NCBI GenBank assembly: GCA_046290225.1
Contig: JBKAGE010000079.1
Location: 160,001 to 224,000, forward strand
Source: Bradymonadia bacterium
GTDB taxonomy: Bacteria > Myxococcota_A > Bradymonadia > UBA7976 > UBA1532
Direction of reading: 5' to 3'
DNA length: 64,000 bases
Shown: positions 58,770-64,000 of the stretch, piece by piece
How the letters are laid out: every line of letters starts with the position of its first letter
Position numbering within the stretch: position 1 is the stretch's first letter
Position numbers and translations under genes: made by a program
The notes under the pieces: model-generated
Seen by the model: the letters and a program-made list of their open reading frames with translations, nothing else
What the model was told of the DNA's origin: nothing
Databases searched by the model: none

Positions 58770-60101
58770 TCAGTGCTTCGGACGCTGCACCGGGGTGGGG
58801 GATTTGATGAGTTTACCCGTGGATTGATACCGCACCGTGCGGTTACGACCGGAGCGCTTGGCTTCGTAGAGGGCCTGATCGGCCGCAGCGATGAGCAGCT
58901 CGCCGGTGTGGGCGGCGTTGGGGAAGGCGGCGACCCCTGCACTCAGGGTGACGTCGAGGTGCAGCGTGCGGCCGTCGGGCAGCACCACATCTACCCCGGC
59001 GTCGCTCAGGGTGCTCCGTAGGCGGTCGGCCATGAGGAAGGCATTCTCCAGGGGTGTCTCCGGCAGAATCAGCGCCACCTCTTCGCCCCCATAGCGGATC
59101 GCCCGGTCGGTGCTGCGGATGTTGCGCTTCACGTGGCCCGAGAGCCAGCGGATGACGTCGTCGCCCACTTGGTGACCGTGGGTGTCGTTGATTTGCTTGA
59201 AGTGATCGATGTCGAGCATGACCACAGCGAGGTGGCGCTCGTAGCGCTGGCAGCGATCGAGCTCCTCTTTAAGGAACCGGTCCATCTCCCGGCGGTTGTA
59301 CAAGCCCGTGAGGGCGTCGCGGGTGGACATCTCCCTCAGCTGCTGCTCCAGTCGACGACGCTCTTCGATCTCAGAGGTGAGTTTGGCGTTGGCCTCGGTG
59401 AGATCGGCGGTTCGGGCCTGCACCCGGGCCTCGAGGGTGGCCTGATGGGCTTCGAGCTCCCGCTCGTAGCGCTTCTCGGTGGTGATGTCGATGATGATGC
59501 CTTCGAGGAAGGCAGGCTCTCCATTGAGATCGTTGATGGCGCAGCCCTGCTCCATCACCCACTTCTCTTCGCCGCCGGCGGTGCGGATACGGTAAGTGGC
59601 TCGGAAGGGCTGCCCCGAGGCCACGGCCTCGTGAATGCCTCGGGCGACGATGGGCTGATCTTCGGGGTGAACCAGGGCGGCGTAGCTGACTTCGCGGTTG
59701 TCCTTGAGGGCTTCTGGCCCGTAGCCCGTGAGCGACTCGCTGCCCCCGCTCACGAAGGTCATCGTGCGGGTGAAGTCATAGGCACAACGATAGGCAAGGC
59801 CCGGCAGGTGGCCGATGAGCGTCGCCAGGGCCCGCTCGCTCTCGGTGTGGGCCAGCTCCCCTCGGGTGCGGGTCACCAACAGCCTGAACGACAGTACATA
59901 GACGAAGAGCGTCGAGAGCAGGGCCAGGCCCCATTCTCCGTACTGCACGACCAGCGAGCCCGCGGGATGATGCTTGAGGGCGTCGGCGCCAAGGTTGGAG
60001 AGGCCGAGCCAGAGGGTGCAGACGACACCGTAGGAGAGGGTGACGCTGAGGGCCCAGGCCCGGGCGCTGCGGCGAGCGAGACGTTCTTCGTGGGTGCGCA
60101 C
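58770..60101 (-). CDS. Membrane PAS-GGDEF diguanylate cyclase
   Basis: Two TM helices, PAS (VHPED), DALTGLYNR, DIDHFK, RSTD I-site, GGEEV. Confidence 0.9.
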   Translation of the reverse strand: MRTHEERLARRSARAWALSVTLSYGVVCTLWLGLSNLGADALKHHPAGSLVVQYGEWGLALLSTLFVYVLSFRLLVTRTRGELAHTESERALATLIGHLPGLAYRCAYDFTRTMTFVSGGSESLTGYGPEALKDNREVSYAALVHPEDQPIVARGIHEAVASGQPFRATYRIRTAGGEEKWVMEQGCAINDLNGEPAFLEGIIIDITTEKRYERELEAHQATLEARVQARTADLTEANAKLTSEIEERRRLEQQLREMSTRDALTGLYNRREMDRFLKEELDRCQRYERHLAVVMLDIDHFKQINDTHGHQVGDDVIRWLSGHVKRNIRSTDRAIRYGGEEVALILPETPLENAFLMADRLRSTLSDAGVDVVLPDGRTLHLDVTLSAGVAAFPNAAHTGELLIAAADQALYEAKRSGRNRTVRYQSTGKLIKSPTPVQRPKH

Positions 60102-60242
60102 CTGTCGTGCCCTCCTCGGGAGACTTCACCACCAGACCTTCCACCGCAGTCGTGTGAAGCGTCCGAGTGATGGGCGCGCTTTAGGGGTGGGTGAGACTTT
60201 ACTCCCCCGGCGAGCGATTCACCGCCAGGAGAGCCGGATCAC

Positions 60243-61055
60243 CTACTTCGACACCGCAACGCCGTGCAGGCCCGGCCTCAGTGACTCGAGCATAGGGCGA
60301 GGATCAGCCCCGGACTCGAGGGTCTCCACAAGAGCCGTGCCCACGATGACGCCGTGGGCATGTGGAGCCAGCTGATCCACCTGAGCAGAGGTGCGGATGC
60401 CGAAGCCCGCCATGATCGGCACCGGGGACTTCGCCCGCAAAGTGTCGAGGTAGCCCAGCAGATCACCACCGGCTTGCAGCTGCCCGCCGGTGGTGCCCGG
60501 GGCGGTGACGGCGTACAAGAAGCCGCCGCTCGATTCGGCGATGCGGGCGGCGCGATCCGCAGGGGTGAGCGGGCTCACGAGTTGAATCAAGGCCAGCCCG
60601 TGGGGTTTGAGGGCCGCCAGCATCTCGTCGGACTCTTCCAGAGGGAGATCAGGGACGATGAAACCGTCCACCCCAGCCTCGGCGGCCTCGGCAGCGAGGG
60701 CTTCGAAGCCCAACGAGAAGAGCGGATTCAGGTAGCTCATGAGCACCACAGGGGTGTCCCGGCTGGGCCGGGCTTTCAGTTGAGCCAGGATCCAGCGCAG
60801 GGTCACCCCGGCCTCCAGGGCGCTGTGGGCAGCCCGCTGCAGGGTCATGCCGTCGGCCATGGGATCGCTGAACGGCACCCCGATCTCCACGACGTCGGCC
60901 ACTTCGCCGATGCGGGCGAGGGTGGTCTGAAAGGTCTCGGCGAGATCGTCACCCGCGGGGTAGCCCGCGGTGAAGAAGGCGGCGAGGGCAGGCTGCCCCG
61001 ATTCATGGCGACGGCGGATCGCTGCTTCGATGTGCTGGGCGCCGGCGGTCATCAT
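60243..61055 (-). CDS. trpA: Tryptophan synthase alpha chain
   Basis: EIGVPFSDPMADG, MSYLNP, PDLP, GFGI. Confidence 0.95.
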   Translation of the reverse strand: MMTAGAQHIEAAIRRRHESGQPALAAFFTAGYPAGDDLAETFQTTLARIGEVADVVEIGVPFSDPMADGMTLQRAAHSALEAGVTLRWILAQLKARPSRDTPVVLMSYLNPLFSLGFEALAAEAAEAGVDGFIVPDLPLEESDEMLAALKPHGLALIQLVSPLTPADRAARIAESSGGFLYAVTAPGTTGGQLQAGGDLLGYLDTLRAKSPVPIMAGFGIRTSAQVDQLAPHAHGVIVGTALVETLESGADPRPMLESLRPGLHGVAVSK

Positions 61056-62308
61056 GCACCTCCTTCGGCGGGATCTCGGACTGGATGGCTCCGCTGCAGG
61101 GCGGGCAGATCTTTGTCGCCTCGACCCGAGAGGCCGACGACGATGAGCGCGCCCGGGTGCTCAGCGGCGTATCGTTTGGCCCCGGCGAGGGCGTGTGAGG
61201 TCTCCAGCGCGGGGATGATGCCTTCGAGGGCGCAGCAGTCATCGAAGGCGGCGAGCGCCTCGGTATCTTCCACGGCCTCGTAGCGGGCTCTACCAATGTG
61301 GGCGAGCAGGGCGTGCTCAGGGCCCACACCAGGGTAGTCGAGGCCCGCGGAGATGGAGTGAGTCTCGTGGACCTGACCCTCACCATCCTGGAGCAACATC
61401 GAGCGGGCGCCATGGAGCACCCCGAGGCGGGCCCCAAGGCCCTCGCGGGCGGCGGTGAGTGTGGCGGCGTGGTGGCCGGAGTCCAGCCCGTTGCCACCGG
61501 CTTCGATGCCGATGAGGGCCACCTCGGTATCGCCGACGAAGGGGTGAAAAAGCCCGATGGCGTTCGAACCTCCGCCGACGCAGGCGATGGCGGCGTCAGG
61601 CAGGCGCCCGCGCCGGGCCAGGCACTGGCTGCGAGCTTCACGGCCGATGACCGAGTGCAGTCGGCACACGAGCCAGGGGTAGGGATGAGGCCCCACGGCG
61701 CTGCCGAGCAGGTAGAAGGTGCCCTCTGGATCAGCGACCCAGGCCCGGAGTGCCTCGTCGATGGCCGCCCGCAACGTGCGATCACCGCTCTGCACCGGCA
61801 CCACCGTGGCGCCGAGGCGTCGCATGCGATCGACGTTGGGGGCCTGACGATCGACGTCGATGGCGCCCATGTAGACCGTGCAGTCGATGCCCACACGCGC
61901 GCAGGCCGCTGCCGAGGCCACGCCGTGCTGCCCGGCGCCGGTCTCCGCCACCACACGGGTGGCCCCCATGCGTTTGGCCAGCATGGCCTGCCCCAAGGCG
62001 TTGTTGATCTTGTGGGCCCCGGTGTGGGCCAGATCTTCCCGCTTCAGCCAGATCTCCGCCCCCCAGGCCGCGCTCAACCCCGGTGCGGGGCAGAAGGGGG
62101 TCGGGCGCCCGACCCAGTCCCCGAGGGCTTCCTCGAGGCTCGACATGAAGGTGGCATCGTCGAGGGCCGCCCGGGCGTTCTCTTCGAGCCGGGTGATGGC
62201 CCCCATGAGGATCTCGGGGACGAAGCGCCCGCCGAAGGGGCCATAGCGCCCTCGGTCGTCGGGGAGCTGTTCTGCCACGAGGGCGTCGAGCAAATCGGTG
62301 TGTGCCAT
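61052..62308 (-). CDS. trpB: Tryptophan synthase beta chain
   Basis: KREDLAHTGAHKIN, ETGAGQHG, GGGSN, SAGLDYPGVGP, SGRGDKD. Confidence 0.97.
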   Translation of the reverse strand: MAHTDLLDALVAEQLPDDRGRYGPFGGRFVPEILMGAITRLEENARAALDDATFMSSLEEALGDWVGRPTPFCPAPGLSAAWGAEIWLKREDLAHTGAHKINNALGQAMLAKRMGATRVVAETGAGQHGVASAAACARVGIDCTVYMGAIDVDRQAPNVDRMRRLGATVVPVQSGDRTLRAAIDEALRAWVADPEGTFYLLGSAVGPHPYPWLVCRLHSVIGREARSQCLARRGRLPDAAIACVGGGSNAIGLFHPFVGDTEVALIGIEAGGNGLDSGHHAATLTAAREGLGARLGVLHGARSMLLQDGEGQVHETHSISAGLDYPGVGPEHALLAHIGRARYEAVEDTEALAAFDDCCALEGIIPALETSHALAGAKRYAAEHPGALIVVGLSGRGDKDLPALQRSHPVRDPAEGGA

Positions 62309-62322
62309 GAGCGTGCCTCAGT

Positions 62323-63024
62323 TCACGTGTGTACGGTCTGGTCAGGGGAAACTGGATCGAAGCTGTGGCCCCGAGCGGCGGCTCGGGCCGCAGCGATGAA
62401 GGCCTTGATCATCTGGGGGGACTTCTGCCCTCGGCTCGATTCGACACCGGAGCTGACATCGACGCCGTAGGGGCGCACGCGCTCGATGGCAGAGGCGACG
62501 TTCTTCGGAGAGAGCCCGCCAGCGAGAATCACCGGCGCTGACGCCGCTGCAGACTCCACTGCGGCCCAGTCACCCGTCTCGCCACTGCCTTCTGTGGGGC
62601 CGTCGATGACCCTCGGCCCTGGCAATTGCTCCGAGGTGGGCAGCGTCGCGCCGTCGCGGAAAGCAGGCAGCCAGCGTCGAACCCGGCCCGGTGGGTCTCG
62701 ATGGCGTAGATGTGCCGCCGACTCGACGTTGGGCGGATAAACCTGCACTGCGTCGGGCCACCAGCCCTCCACCGCCTCGGCGATGGTGTCGTTGTCGGCC
62801 CAGCGAAACACCGCCACCACGTCGAGCGGGCGCCCGAGGCGACGGGCCAGGCCACGGCCATGGGCCGCCAGCGCTGCAGCCTGGAGCGGGCTCACCTGCC
62901 GGGGCGAAGAGACCATGACCAGGCCGATGGCGTCGGCGCCTGCTTCGACGGCTGCTGTCACCGCGGCCTCGTCGGAGAGGCCGCAAATCTTCACATAGAG
63001 CGACTGCGCATAGCGCTCACCCAC
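62323..63024 (-). CDS. trpF: Phosphoribosylanthranilate isomerase
   Basis: VKICGL, SPR.V, GSG, LAGGL, GVDVSSGVE; GGAGG + GTG 63024. Confidence 0.93.
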   Translation of the reverse strand: MGERYAQSLYVKICGLSDEAAVTAAVEAGADAIGLVMVSSPRQVSPLQAAALAAHGRGLARRLGRPLDVVAVFRWADNDTIAEAVEGWWPDAVQVYPPNVESAAHLRHRDPPGRVRRWLPAFRDGATLPTSEQLPGPRVIDGPTEGSGETGDWAAVESAAASAPVILAGGLSPKNVASAIERVRPYGVDVSSGVESSRGQKSPQMIKAFIAAARAAARGHSFDPVSPDQTVHT

Positions 63025-63865
63025 CGGGCACCTCCCGGCGGCCAGTGTCGATGAGCGCTCGCGCTGCGTCGCGGGGGGTACCACTCGTCATGAGGGCCGA
63101 GCCGACGAGGGCCAGCCGGTAGCCCTGTCGGGCGCATCGGGCGGCGTGCCCTGGGGAGGAGAGGCCGCTCTCGGCCACCCGTAGCCCTTCAGGCCAGGGC
63201 AGGTCGTGGAACAGACGTTCGAAATCCACCTGCAGTGATTTGAGATCACGGCAGTTGAGGCCCAGGAGCACCCCAGGGTGGTCAGCGGCGGGAGACACAC
63301 CGAGGCCCACCATGCGCCGAAGATCTTCAGCGTCAAAGGCCTCGAGCAGCACGAACAGGCCCAGATCTCGGGCCACTGTGAGCATCTCACTCAGGGCCTC
63401 GTCGGTGAGCATGCGCGTGATCAGCAACGCCCCTGAGGCCCCAGCGGCCCGGGTCTCGAGCAGCTGCACCGGATGCACCAGGAAGTCCTTGCGCATCACC
63501 GGCCTGCGACCCCCCACGGCGGCGACGACCATTCGAAGGTGATCGAGGTGTCCGAGGAACCGACTGGGCTCAGTGAGTACGGAGAGGGCGGCGGCCCCGC
63601 CATCGACATAGGCCGTCGCCTGGCTGTGCAGCATCTGCTGGAGCGCTTGAGCATCTGCCTCGACATCGGCGAGGTTGCCCACCGAGGGGCTCGCCCGCTT
63701 GATCTCGGCGATGAGATCGAAGCGATCGTCCAGCGACAAAGGCACCACAGCAGGCGCCTCGAGGGCTTCGGCCTCGAGAGCTGCCCGACGTTGGCGCGCC
63801 CCTTCAGCGCGCTCGGTGCTCAGCCGGGCCATCTGGCACAGGAAGTCTTCGTGGGCAGCGCTCAT
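63017..63865 (-). CDS. trpC: Indole-3-glycerol phosphate synthase
   Basis: IAEIKRASPS, SVLTEP, RKDF, VAESG, LVGSALM. Confidence 0.93.
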   Translation of the reverse strand: MSAAHEDFLCQMARLSTERAEGARQRRAALEAEALEAPAVVPLSLDDRFDLIAEIKRASPSVGNLADVEADAQALQQMLHSQATAYVDGGAAALSVLTEPSRFLGHLDHLRMVVAAVGGRRPVMRKDFLVHPVQLLETRAAGASGALLITRMLTDEALSEMLTVARDLGLFVLLEAFDAEDLRRMVGLGVSPAADHPGVLLGLNCRDLKSLQVDFERLFHDLPWPEGLRVAESGLSSPGHAARCARQGYRLALVGSALMTSGTPRDAARALIDTGRREVPGG

Positions 63866-63999
63866 CGATGGCACCCGCGGAGCGTGTCGAGGTTGGCCCT
63901 GGCTTTGCCCTCGTCCAGGGCAGCCTCTGCGAGGGTGCGGGCCTGCTGCGGGCTCTCCGCTAGGCCGCAGACCTCGAGGACCAGCGCCGCGCCGAGGAC
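63862..63999 (-). CDS. trpD: Anthranilate phosphoribosyltransferase, C-terminal end (partial)
   Basis: Manual translation VLGAALVLEVCG..AEAALDEGKARANLDTL; ATGA overlap with trpC. Confidence 0.7.
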   Translation of the reverse strand, partial: VLGAALVLEVCGLAESPQQARTLAEAALDEGKARANLDTLRGCHR

Positions 64000-64000
64000 G

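Overview
High-GC window whose gene content (DUF1501/cytochrome-c lipoprotein cluster, Mx162-like reverse transcriptase, kinase-like HEAT protein) looks myxobacterial or deltaproteobacterial. Both flanks carry ordinary genes (apaH, sthA, uppS, hrpB, xth, leucine dehydrogenase, trpDCFBA, two-component and c-di-GMP signalling). The main feature is a ~22 kb island (about 11.0-33.3 kb) of two paralogous retron-type modules that face each other tail-to-tail. Module A (+) is WGR/beta-propeller, WGR-ARM, SWIM, a clear msr-msd ncRNA (33-bp a1/a2 arms) and RT. Module B (-) is a candidate ncRNA, ARM-BRCT, a 2145-aa propeller-HEAT protein, a degenerate SWIM-WGR and an Mx162-like RT. The candidate ncRNA of module B lies ~11.6 kb upstream of its RT. 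It shares a CAACCUGnnGC motif, an A.C mismatch and an upstream promoter-like motif with ncRNA A, and its leader can fold back over the putative priming site. Other oddities are a compositionally mosaic porin gene, a pseudokinase plus pseudo-HD-GYP pair and a graded 14-bp tandem repeat. All calls are by eye; no searches or folding programs were run.
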